In this document: positions 51,252-60,414 of the stretch, one piece after another
Position numbering within the stretch: position 1 is the stretch's first letter
Layout: every line of letters begins with the position of its first letter
Assembly: GCA_020832905.1 (NCBI GenBank)
Contig: JAJHRG010000001.1
Span: 360,617-424,616, forward strand
DNA from: Thermoproteota archaeon
GTDB lineage: Archaea; Thermoproteota; Methanomethylicia; Methanomethylicales; Methanomethylicaceae
Direction of reading: 5' to 3'
Length of the DNA: 64,000 bases
Position numbers and translations under genes: made by a program
Notes under the pieces: generated by a model
Databases searched by the model: none
Seen by the model: only the letters and a program-made list of their open reading frames with translations
What the model was told of the DNA's origin: nothing

Positions 51252-51992
51252 ATGATATCTATATTCACAAGCTTTGGTACATTAAAAGTAAATAATGATT
51301 TATCATTATTTATTAATAATAAAAAATTAACACCACAATTTAGAACTCTAAATGATATTTTTCCAGTTCTTTACACTACAGAAGATATAGAAATTTCAAA
51401 GGATACACCATTATATGCAATGTATAGAGGAGTATATAATGAGAAAGATGAAAGAATTTTCTTACAAAGAAAAATAAGATTTGATATTACTATAATGTCA
51501 AATATAACTATAGGAAGAGAATGGAACAAAACATTAGGTCATTATCATCCTATTGCTGAAAATAATCTTTCATATCCAGAATTATATCAAGTACTATATG
51601 GAAAAGCTACTTTTCTTCTTCAAAAAAAGGTAAATGATGAAATTATAGATTTTGTAATTGCAGAAGTAAAAGAAGGTGAAGCTTTTCTTATCCCTCCTAA
51701 CTATGGTCATGTTACTATCAATTCTGGTAATAAAATACTTGTAATGGCAAATTTAGTATCTAGTAATTTTCAATCTTTATATGAAGAATATATAAGACAT
51801 AAGGGAGCTGCATATTATTTACTTGTAGATGGCTCTCTTATACCAAATCCAAATTATAAAAAAATAGTAAGACCAAGATTTTCAAATAAGAGATTTCCTA
51901 TATCAAAAGATATTTACTCAGATTTTCTATCATGTCCATCTTGTTTTAATTTTCTTAATAAACCTTCATTAATATCTGATTTCTCTTTATGA
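51252..51992 (+). CDS. cupin-type glucose-6-phosphate isomerase (cPGI)-like protein
   Basis: 246 aa. The segment TLGHYHPIAE...ELYQVLYGKATFLLQ...IPPNYGHVTINSG parallels the Pyrococcus cPGI metal site (TKGHFH...E...PPYWAHRTVN). Lies immediately upstream of pgk and gap. Confidence 0.65.
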   Translation: MISIFTSFGTLKVNNDLSLFINNKKLTPQFRTLNDIFPVLYTTEDIEISKDTPLYAMYRGVYNEKDERIFLQRKIRFDITIMSNITIGREWNKTLGHYHPIAENNLSYPELYQVLYGKATFLLQKKVNDEIIDFVIAEVKEGEAFLIPPNYGHVTINSGNKILVMANLVSSNFQSLYEEYIRHKGAAYYLLVDGSLIPNPNYKKIVRPRFSNKRFPISKDIYSDFLSCPSCFNFLNKPSLISDFSL

Positions 51993-52052
51993 TTTTTTAA
52001 ATTTTTATATACCTTCTACTATTTTCCTTATTGTACGTAAATAGGTGATTAA

Positions 52053-53291
52053 ATGAAGTTTGGATTTTATACTATGGACGACTTTGACTTTAATGGAAAG
52101 AGAGTTCTTCTAAGAATTGATATTAACTCACCAATTGATCCTAATACAAATGAAATACTTGATGATTTTCGTATAAGATATCATGTACCTACAATACTAG
52201 AACTATTAGATAGGGGAGCATCTGTAACTATTTTAGCTCATCAAGGTCGTCCTGGTGATAATGATTTTACAACTTTAAGTAATCATGCAAAACTTTTATC
52301 TCATTACTTAAATAGAGAAGTAAAATATATAGAAGATATCTTTGGTCCTACAGCAAGATCATCAATATTATCATCAAAACCAGGAGATGTAATATTATTA
52401 GAAAATGTTAGATTTTACTCTGAAGAAGTAATTGAAAAAATACCTGAAGCTCAATCAAAAACATTTCTTGTACGCTTTCTTGCACCACTTTTTTCAATCT
52501 ACATAAATGATGCTTTTGCTACTTCACATAGATCTCATCCATCTCTTACTGGCTTCCCTATGGTTTTACCATCATGTGGAGGTAGATTATTAGAAAAAGA
52601 AGTAGAATCATTAAACTTAATAATGGAAGATTCCTTAAGACCAAGTGTATTTATACTTGGAGGTGGAAAAGTCTCAGATTCTTTACAATTAATAGAAGCT
52701 CTTCTTCAAAGAAATATTGCTGATAAGGTACTTTTAACAGGCTTAGTTTCTCATTTATTTATGATTGCAAAGGGTTTAAATCTCAATAGAGAAACTTTAC
52801 GAGTACTTGAGGGAAAAGGAATATATTCTCTTTTGCCAAGAGCACAACGTTTAGTTCAATCTTTTCCAGATAGAATAGTAGTACCTATTGATTCTGCTTT
52901 ACTTAAAAATGGTAATCGAGTAGAAGTTAGTAATGAAAACATACCTAATTTCTCTCCAATATATGATATTGGAGAGAATACTATTAAATTATATTCTGAA
53001 ATTATAAAAGATGCAAAAATAATTGTAGTAAGAGGACCTGCTGGCTATATAGAAGATGAAAGATTTAGTAAAGGAAGTGAAAATCTCTTAAAATGTATTG
53101 TAAATAGTAAAGGAAAGAAAATATTGGGAGGAGGACACTTAAGAAGGATAGCAGAAAAACTAAAAGTTATTGATAAAATTGATTACTTTAGTACAGGTGG
53201 TGGAGCATTTATTGCATTTTTATCAGGTGAAAAATTACCTGCAATTGAGGCTCTTATTATTTCTGCTAAAAAATTTAAACCTAATAAATAA
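52053..53291 (+). CDS. pgk: phosphoglycerate kinase
   Basis: 412 aa. N-terminal FNGKRVLLRIDINSP, with conserved hinge and C-terminal nucleotide domain. Confidence 0.9.
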   Translation: MKFGFYTMDDFDFNGKRVLLRIDINSPIDPNTNEILDDFRIRYHVPTILELLDRGASVTILAHQGRPGDNDFTTLSNHAKLLSHYLNREVKYIEDIFGPTARSSILSSKPGDVILLENVRFYSEEVIEKIPEAQSKTFLVRFLAPLFSIYINDAFATSHRSHPSLTGFPMVLPSCGGRLLEKEVESLNLIMEDSLRPSVFILGGGKVSDSLQLIEALLQRNIADKVLLTGLVSHLFMIAKGLNLNRETLRVLEGKGIYSLLPRAQRLVQSFPDRIVVPIDSALLKNGNRVEVSNENIPNFSPIYDIGENTIKLYSEIIKDAKIIVVRGPAGYIEDERFSKGSENLLKCIVNSKGKKILGGGHLRRIAEKLKVIDKIDYFSTGGGAFIAFLSGEKLPAIEALIISAKKFKPNK

Positions 53292-53302
53292 GAATAAATA
53301 AG

Positions 53303-54343
53303 GTGAGAATATTGGTAGTTAGAGTTGGAATAAATGGATATGGAACTATTGGTAAAAGAGTTGCTGATGCTATATTAAAGCAAAAAGACATGGAATTAGT
53401 AGGAGTTACAAAAACAAAACCAAATTTTGAGTGTAAAATAGCTATAGAAAAAGGCATACCTATTTTTGCTTCTTCTCCTGATAGAATTAAATTATTTGAA
53501 GAAGCAGGTATAAAGGTTAATGGAACATTAGAAGATTTACTTAGAAACTGTGATGTAATTATAGATTGTACACCAGGAGGTATTGGTGCATCATATAAAC
53601 CAATTTATGAAAAATATAATGTAAAGGCAATATTTCAGGGAGGAGAAAAACATGATGTTGCAGGATTTTCTTTTAATGCATATTGTAATTATAAAGAAGC
53701 AATTGGAAGGAAATATGTTAGAGTAGTTTCATGTAATACAACTGCTCTTTGTAGATTATTATATGCAATAGATAATGCATTTGGAATTAAAAAAGCAAGA
53801 GTAGTTTTAATTAGAAGAGGAGCAGATCCTCATGAAGATTCAAAAGGTCCAATAAATAGCATTGTTCCTGATCCAGTTTCCATTCCTTCTCATCATGGAC
53901 CAGATTTAAACAAAGTTCTTCCACATATTAATATTACTACAATAGCATTTGCTGTACCAGAAACACTTATGCATGTTCATGTTGTAAATTTAGAACTAAA
54001 TAATTCAGTAACAGAATCTGATGTAATAAATGTGCTATCAAAATACTCAAGAATAAAAATAGTTTCTGCAAAATTAGGATTAGATTCTACTTCAGCTATA
54101 ATTGAATATGCTAGAGATTTAGGAAGAAAACGCTATGATATACCTGAATTAATAATTTGGAAAGAATCTATAAAGTCTTATGGAAATGAAATATATCTTT
54201 CTCAAGCTGTACATCAAGAATCCATAGTAGTACCTGAAAATATTGATGCAATAAGAGCAATGATGAAAATAACAGAAAATCCTGAAGAATCCATAAGATT
54301 AACTGATGAATCACTAGGTATAGGAGGTGATTTTAATATTTAA
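53303..54343 (+). CDS. gap: glyceraldehyde-3-phosphate dehydrogenase, archaeal type II
   Basis: 346 aa with VGINGYGTIGKRVADAI and the catalytic VVSCNTT. GTG start. Confidence 0.9.
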   Translation: MRILVVRVGINGYGTIGKRVADAILKQKDMELVGVTKTKPNFECKIAIEKGIPIFASSPDRIKLFEEAGIKVNGTLEDLLRNCDVIIDCTPGGIGASYKPIYEKYNVKAIFQGGEKHDVAGFSFNAYCNYKEAIGRKYVRVVSCNTTALCRLLYAIDNAFGIKKARVVLIRRGADPHEDSKGPINSIVPDPVSIPSHHGPDLNKVLPHINITTIAFAVPETLMHVHVVNLELNNSVTESDVINVLSKYSRIKIVSAKLGLDSTSAIIEYARDLGRKRYDIPELIIWKESIKSYGNEIYLSQAVHQESIVVPENIDAIRAMMKITENPEESIRLTDESLGIGGDFNI

Positions 54344-54755
54344 GAATATACTTGTACCAATAGATAGCTCACCTGCTTCTCTAAGAGCTTTAGATTTAGC
54401 AATAGAATTTGCCATGAGAGATGGTGCAAAAATAACCCTAATCTATGTTATTCTTTCATCTTCTAAATTAAATGCTCAAACAATTGATGAACTTAAAAAA
54501 TTAGGTGAAAATGTTCTTCATGAAGCAGAAGAAAAATGTAAAAAACATGGTATTATTCCTAAAAAAGTTCTTAGGATTGGAGAGTTAGATCAGTCTTCTA
54601 TAGCTTTAGAAATTTATGATGAAGTATTAAAAGGAAAGTATGATCTTGTTATTCTTGGTACTAAAGGATACTGTGGAGAGAAAGCTATACTTATGGGAAG
54701 TATTGCTATTGCTTTAGCAATTACTCTTCCATGTACTGTAATAATTGTTCGTTAA
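54327..54755 (+). CDS. universal stress protein (UspA family)
   Basis: 142 aa with ILVPIDSS...LVILGTKGY...G. Confidence 0.75.
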   Translation: MILIFKNILVPIDSSPASLRALDLAIEFAMRDGAKITLIYVILSSSKLNAQTIDELKKLGENVLHEAEEKCKKHGIIPKKVLRIGELDQSSIALEIYDEVLKGKYDLVILGTKGYCGEKAILMGSIAIALAITLPCTVIIVR

Positions 54756-54776
54756 TTTTTCATTTGGTGTTTTAAT

Positions 54777-56159
54777 ATGAATCATAAAACAAAAATTATC
54801 TTTGGTACAGATGGTTGGCGTGCTAGAATGGATAGTGATTTTAATATAGATAATGTAAGAAAAATTGCTCAAGCAATTGCATATTACTTAATAGACTCTG
54901 GCTATAGTAAGGGCATATTTATTGGATATGATGGAAGAAAAAATTCTCAAATTTTTGCTAAAGTATGTGCTGAAGTAATCTCATCTTTTAACATTTCTTC
55001 TTTTCTTCCACCAAGACCTATACCTACTCCATTAGCTGCTTTTGCTACAGTAAAGTATTCACTTAATGGCTCTATTATGATAACAGCTTCTCATAATCCT
55101 CCAATATATAATGGAATAAAGTTTATACCATACTATGGTGGACCTGCTACTTCTGATATTACAAGAAAAATAGAAGAGTATATTCATAAGATTAAGGAAG
55201 TTAAATATGAAGATTTTGAAAAATTAAAAGCAAAGGGATTGATTACAATCATAAATCCAATTGATGATTATATAGATCATCTATTAAGGATGCTCTCTAT
55301 AAGTAAATTAAATATGAATATTTGTATTGATGCTATGCATGGTGCAACTACAGGAATAATTGATTTGTTAATTTCTAGACTTAATGCAAATATTCATATG
55401 ATTAGAGGAAATATTGATCCAGAATTTGGTGGAATAACACCAGATCCTATTCCAAGTAATTTAGAATTATTACGTAATGAAGTAACTTCAAAAAAATTTG
55501 ATATAGGATTAGCTTTTGATGGTGATGGAGATAGATTAGCAGTAGTTACTAATGATGGTACATTCTTATTAGCAAATCAAATTTTACCATTACTTTATAT
55601 TCATTTACATGATCATAGAAATAAAATTGGAAATGCTGCTAGAACTGTTGCAACTTCTCATATGTTAGACTTTATTGTAAACGAAAGAGGACATAAAGTA
55701 ATTGAAACTCCTGTTGGTTTTAAGTATATTGCTCCTTTACTTTATGAAAGAAAAATAATAATTGGTGGAGAAGAAAGTGGAGGAATAGGTTTTATAGATC
55801 ATATACCAGAAAAAGATGGAATTGCTTCTGCAATTTTATTATTAGAATTCTTAAGTTTTAGTAACATTAAAGAGATCATTGAGAAACTTTACTCTAAGTA
55901 TGGAAGTTTTGAGTTTAAAAGAATTGATTTAAATAAAATATTAGAAATTCCATCAGATTTTCCTTATAATGAAATATTAAATAAAAAAGTATTAAAGATA
56001 ATTAAAATAGATGGATTAAAAGTAATACTAGAGGATGGATCTTGGTTCTTAGTAAGAAGATCTGGTACTGAAAATTTAATACGTATTTATATTGAATCAA
56101 AAACAAAAAATAATATTAAGAAACTAGAAGATTTTATAATAAATTTCCTAATAAAGTAA
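54777..56159 (+). CDS. phosphoglucomutase/phosphomannomutase-family phosphohexomutase
   Basis: 460 aa. Active-site TASHNPP, metal loop FDGDGDR, sugar loop GEESGG. Confidence 0.85.
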   Translation: MNHKTKIIFGTDGWRARMDSDFNIDNVRKIAQAIAYYLIDSGYSKGIFIGYDGRKNSQIFAKVCAEVISSFNISSFLPPRPIPTPLAAFATVKYSLNGSIMITASHNPPIYNGIKFIPYYGGPATSDITRKIEEYIHKIKEVKYEDFEKLKAKGLITIINPIDDYIDHLLRMLSISKLNMNICIDAMHGATTGIIDLLISRLNANIHMIRGNIDPEFGGITPDPIPSNLELLRNEVTSKKFDIGLAFDGDGDRLAVVTNDGTFLLANQILPLLYIHLHDHRNKIGNAARTVATSHMLDFIVNERGHKVIETPVGFKYIAPLLYERKIIIGGEESGGIGFIDHIPEKDGIASAILLLEFLSFSNIKEIIEKLYSKYGSFEFKRIDLNKILEIPSDFPYNEILNKKVLKIIKIDGLKVILEDGSWFLVRRSGTENLIRIYIESKTKNNIKKLEDFIINFLIK

Positions 56160-56205
56160 TATTAATTAACTTTTTAGTCAATATCTAATATTAAGGAGGT
56201 AGAAA

Positions 56206-56781
56206 TTGAAGCGAAAATTTGTTGCTGCAAGAGCTGACTTAGTAGAGAAAATAAGTGAATTAGCAAAGAAAAGTGGTAGAACTATGTTTAGTATATTAAA
56301 TGAAGCACTTGATGCTTTCATAAAAGCAAAAGAGAAAAATAAAGATCTTTATTCTGTTTTAGAAGAAGTAAGTATTATTGAAATAGCAAGAAGTGCAGGA
56401 ATGATATTTGTACCGGAAGTTGCTTATGATAGCATTATAGGGAATAATAATTTTGAAGATTATTGGAAAAATTCAGGTCAATTATTTGGAAAATATTTAG
56501 AAATTAATGGTTTTAAAGAATTAAAAGATATTGAAAAAGCAATAAAGGAAATTATTGGAGAAGATATTGATATTACTATTTCAAATAATAAGATTGTATG
56601 TATTTGTCCTAGACTAATGGAAAGTAGACTTAGAGATATTGCATCTTTTCTAGAAGGTGTTATTACAAATTTTGGTTTTAATGTATTAGGAAAAGAGATA
56701 TCAAAAGGTATAGTTGTAATGAGAATTAAAAAAGGTGGGAATATTGCCAGAGAAAATCGAAAAGAAACTTTTAGTAGTTAG
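56206..56781 (+). CDS. hypothetical protein, paralog A of a tandem pair
   Basis: 191 aa. Its N-terminal about 80 aa align with the downstream paralog (ADLVEKISELAKKSGRTMFSILNEALDAFIK versus SDILEKLYEIAKRENKTLFALTNEILQDAIK). Confidence 0.5.
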   Translation: MKRKFVAARADLVEKISELAKKSGRTMFSILNEALDAFIKAKEKNKDLYSVLEEVSIIEIARSAGMIFVPEVAYDSIIGNNNFEDYWKNSGQLFGKYLEINGFKELKDIEKAIKEIIGEDIDITISNNKIVCICPRLMESRLRDIASFLEGVITNFGFNVLGKEISKGIVVMRIKKGGNIARENRKETFSS

Positions 56782-57319
56782 ATCTGATATTTTGGAAAAA
56801 TTATATGAAATTGCAAAAAGAGAAAATAAAACTCTTTTTGCTCTTACAAATGAAATTCTTCAAGATGCTATTAAGGTTAGTGAAATGAATAAAACTATAG
56901 GAGAGTTATTAAATTTCCATAATCTAATTAAACTTCAAAAAGATTCTGGTGCAATAATTGTTCCTTCTGAGATATTATTAAAAGCATTAAAGAATTGGAA
57001 TAATAAGGAAGAAATGATAAAAGCATGGAGATTAGCAGGAGAATGGTATGGAAAATATTTAATAGCAAAACTTGAAAATCCACTTGAGATACTACCATCA
57101 TTATTTTCTACATCATTTTGGCATTTATCAGAAGTGAAAATGAATATGAAAAATAATGATAAGATAAATATAAGCTTAATAGCACCAAATACAGAACAAA
57201 TACTTATTGAAATTACTGTAGAATACATAGATGGTATAATGAGTGCTCTTGGTTTTCAAAATACTAAATGTGATATAATTCGTGGTGTTGCAATATTAGA
57301 ATTTTCTAAAAAAATATAA
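56735..57319 (+). CDS. hypothetical protein, paralog B of a tandem pair
   Basis: 194 aa. Shares an N-terminal helical region and a GKYL motif with paralog A. Its start overlaps the 3' end of A by about 47 nt, so the true start may be downstream. Confidence 0.5.
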   Translation: MGILPEKIEKKLLVVRSDILEKLYEIAKRENKTLFALTNEILQDAIKVSEMNKTIGELLNFHNLIKLQKDSGAIIVPSEILLKALKNWNNKEEMIKAWRLAGEWYGKYLIAKLENPLEILPSLFSTSFWHLSEVKMNMKNNDKINISLIAPNTEQILIEITVEYIDGIMSALGFQNTKCDIIRGVAILEFSKKI

Positions 57320-57343
57320 AGTTTCCAATTATAAAATATTCTT

Positions 57344-57832
57344 ATGAAATATATTCCTTGGAGTAAAGTTTCTGATTGGTATTGTAGAACTTGTGGTAAG
57401 TGTTGTAAAATATTTAAGGTACCATTATCATTTATTGAAGTTAATTTACTATCTAAAAAATTTGGTTTTTACTGTATAGAAGCATATGCAGGAAGTTTTT
57501 ACTTAAAAAGAATAAATGGAAAATGTATTTTTCAATTTAATAATTTATGTAGTATACATCCTTTTAAACCTATGGCATGTAAATTATGGCCTTTTTCAAT
57601 AAATGAAATACCAAAATATGGTGAAAAGGATAGTTCATATTTTGAATATAAAGGTGAAGTATTTTATGTATACTTAAATTCATATTGTGAAGGAATAGTA
57701 CCTGGTAAACCTTCTTTTAGATTAGTTAATAAAACAATACCAGAATTAATAGAATTAATTCGAAAACCCTCTAAGTTATATAGTAATTGGGAAAAACCTT
57801 CTCTTAAAGTTTTTAGTTTTCATATAAATTAA
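57344..57832 (+). CDS. YkgJ/UPF0153-family putative Zn- or Fe-S-binding protein
   Basis: 162 aa with the N-terminal CRTCGKCCK motif (CxxCGxCC). Confidence 0.6.
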   Translation: MKYIPWSKVSDWYCRTCGKCCKIFKVPLSFIEVNLLSKKFGFYCIEAYAGSFYLKRINGKCIFQFNNLCSIHPFKPMACKLWPFSINEIPKYGEKDSSYFEYKGEVFYVYLNSYCEGIVPGKPSFRLVNKTIPELIELIRKPSKLYSNWEKPSLKVFSFHIN

Positions 57833-57867
57833 ATATAAAAATTTAAAATAACATAAAAGGGATAAAA

Positions 57868-58881
57868 ATGAAAGCAATGATTCTTAAGTCTATATCTAAA
57901 ATAGAAAATAAACCACTTATACTTGAAGATATAGAAGTACCTGAACCTTCTAATAATCAAATTTTAGTAAGAATAAATGTATGTGGAATATGTAGAACAG
58001 AACTTGATGAAATTGAAGGTAGATTACCACCAAAATTACCTATTATTCCAGGTCATCAAATTGTAGGTAGAGTGTACGAGATAGGATCTTCTGTTAAAAA
58101 ATTTAAGAAAAATGATAGAGTAGGAATAGCATGGATATATTATGCTTGTGGTAGTTGTAAATTTTGTAAAAATGGACTTGAAAATTTATGTAATAGTTTT
58201 ATTGGTACAGGACATGGAGCAAATGGTGGATATGCAGAATATGTAATAGTAAATGAGGATTTTGCATATCATATTCCTAGTGTTTTCTCAGATATAGAAG
58301 CAGCACCATTATTATGTGCTGGAGCTATTGGATATAGAGCATTAAAACTTACAGGAATGAGAGATGGAGATGTTATTGGTCTTTATGGTTTTGGTGCTTC
58401 AGCACATATATTATTTCAAGTAATTAGATATCTTTTTCCAAATTCTAAAATCTTTGTTTTTACTAAAAGAAAAGGTGATTTACCAAGTGAGTTAGCATTA
58501 AAAATGGGAGCTGATTGGGTTGGAGAAACAGGAGAAACTCCACCTGAAAAACTTAATTGTGCAATAGATACTACTCCATCTTCATTTCCAGTAAGAGAAG
58601 CTTTAAGAAATTTAGAAAAAGGTGGAAGACTTGTAATGAATTTAATAAGAAAAGAAGAAATGATAAATGATTTAGATTATACTATACATTTATGGGAAGA
58701 AAAGGAAATTAAAAGTGTAGCAAATATAACAAGAAAAGATGTAAAAGAATTTCTTGATATAGCAGCTAAAATACCTATAAAACCTGAAGTTAAAACATTT
58801 AGTCTTGAAGAAGCTAATGAAGCACTTTTAATGCTAAAATATGGAAAATATAGAGGAAGTGGGGTTTTGATAATAAGATAA
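57868..58881 (+). CDS. zinc-dependent alcohol dehydrogenase (MDR family)
   Basis: 337 aa. Catalytic Zn ligands (GICRTE, GHQIVG), structural Zn CGSCKFCKNGLENLC, Rossmann GLYGFGASAH. Confidence 0.8.
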   Translation: MKAMILKSISKIENKPLILEDIEVPEPSNNQILVRINVCGICRTELDEIEGRLPPKLPIIPGHQIVGRVYEIGSSVKKFKKNDRVGIAWIYYACGSCKFCKNGLENLCNSFIGTGHGANGGYAEYVIVNEDFAYHIPSVFSDIEAAPLLCAGAIGYRALKLTGMRDGDVIGLYGFGASAHILFQVIRYLFPNSKIFVFTKRKGDLPSELALKMGADWVGETGETPPEKLNCAIDTTPSSFPVREALRNLEKGGRLVMNLIRKEEMINDLDYTIHLWEEKEIKSVANITRKDVKEFLDIAAKIPIKPEVKTFSLEEANEALLMLKYGKYRGSGVLIIR

Positions 58882-59751
58882 GAATTTTTTTAATTCATTA
58901 ATATTTGGAAGTCCACTTCTTGCTCCTTTCTTTTGAATTTTTAAAGCTGCAGTTGCTATACCCCAATACATACATTCTCTTAAACTTAGACCTTTTATTA
59001 ATCCAGTTATAAAGCCAGCATTAAAAGCATCTCCTGCACCTGTTGTATCTACAACATTTACTTTTATAGCAGGTATTTCTATTTCATTATTACCATCAAA
59101 TAAATAAGCTCCTCTTTCTCCCATTTTTACAACTACTATATTTACATATTTTGAGAGTAATTTTGCCCCTTCTTTATAGTTTACATTTGTAAGTTTTTTA
59201 CATTCTACTTCATTTAATAATAACAAATCAATTCCTTCTAAATCATTTAAAGAAAATTCAATAACTCTTCCTCCAGGATCTAATGATATTTTTGTTTTTT
59301 TAATTTTTTCTTTTACCTCCATGAATACTTTTTTATTAACATTACATAACTGTATGTACTTACAGTATGGAATTTTATCAATAACTTCACTAATAGTTTT
59401 TTCTAAATATTCATTTGCACCTCTATATGCTAACATTCTTCTATTTCCATTTTTTTCTACAATTACACAAACCATTCCTGTTAATTTTTCATTTACTACT
59501 TTGATAAAATTAGTAATAACACCTTCTTTTTCTAGTTCTTCTATAGCTTTTTTACCAAAATAATCATTACCAACACATCCTATAATTCCTACCTTAAGTC
59601 CAAGTCTAGAAGCTGCTACTGCAAAATTTGCAGCTCCTCCTCCATGAAATATTTCCAAATTAGCTAAAACCTCATAATCAATTTCAGGTATTTTATCAAC
59701 ATAAAATGAAAGATCTATATTTATGTTACCTATAGATATAACATCAAGCAT
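58834..59751 (-). CDS. PfkB-family carbohydrate/sugar-phosphate kinase
   Basis: 305 aa with the N-terminal GG motif and C-terminal DTTGAGDAF. Confidence 0.8.
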   Translation of the reverse strand: MLDVISIGNINIDLSFYVDKIPEIDYEVLANLEIFHGGGAANFAVAASRLGLKVGIIGCVGNDYFGKKAIEELEKEGVITNFIKVVNEKLTGMVCVIVEKNGNRRMLAYRGANEYLEKTISEVIDKIPYCKYIQLCNVNKKVFMEVKEKIKKTKISLDPGGRVIEFSLNDLEGIDLLLLNEVECKKLTNVNYKEGAKLLSKYVNIVVVKMGERGAYLFDGNNEIEIPAIKVNVVDTTGAGDAFNAGFITGLIKGLSLRECMYWGIATAALKIQKKGARSGLPNINELKKFLSYYQNPTSSIFSIF

Positions 59752-59760
59752 AACATCACC

Positions 59761-60414
59761 TTACGATAAGATTATTCTAGCATCTACAACTCTATATCCT
59801 TGTTTATATGCTATTACTGGATTAAGATCTATTTCTTTTATATTTGAAATATCCATCATAATTTTTGAAACTTTAAGTATCAAATCAGCTAAACTATCAA
59901 TATCACAACCTTCTCTTCCTCTTATTCCCTTTAGTATTGGATATGCTTTTATTTCTGAAATCATTTCTAAAGCTTCATTTTTATCTATTGGAACTATTCT
60001 TAATGATATATCATTAAATACTTCTACAAATATACCTCCAAGTCCAAACATTACAACAGGTCCAAATTGTTCATCTCTTTTTGCACCAACTATTACTTCA
60101 ATTCCTTGAGGTGCCATTTCTTCTATAAGAACTCCTTCAAGTCTTATTTTCCTCTCTCTAGCAATACTTATTATCCTATCATAAGAATTTATTACTTCTT
60201 CTTTATTCTTAATATTTAGTATAACACCACCTATATCTGATTTATGTAAAACATCATATGATACTATTTTCATTACAATTGGAAAATTAATTTCTTTTAG
60301 TACATTATCAATTTCTTCTTTTTCCTTTATAACTCTCCATTTTCCAGTTATTATTCCATAATCATTACATAACTTTTTTGCTTCTGGTTCTAAAAGCCAT
60401 TTTTTATTTATCAT
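59761..60414 (-). CDS. ATP-grasp domain protein resembling the beta subunit of ADP-forming acetyl-CoA synthetase
   Basis: 217 aa. ...FPIVMKIVSYDVLHKSDIGGV...GIEVIVGAKRDEQFGPVVMFGLGG... matches the ACD beta/ATP-grasp pattern. No alpha subunit is adjacent. Confidence 0.6.
   Translation of the reverse strand: MINKKWLLEPEAKKLCNDYGIITGKWRVIKEKEEIDNVLKEINFPIVMKIVSYDVLHKSDIGGVILNIKNKEEVINSYDRIISIARERKIRLEGVLIEEMAPQGIEVIVGAKRDEQFGPVVMFGLGGIFVEVFNDISLRIVPIDKNEALEMISEIKAYPILKGIRGREGCDIDSLADLILKVSKIMMDISNIKEIDLNPVIAYKQGYRVVDARIILS

Noticed and set aside
59723-60109. A 128-aa plus-strand ORF.
   Set aside because: It is antisense to the ATP-grasp and PfkB genes, with a Ser/Ile/Thr-rich low-complexity translation.
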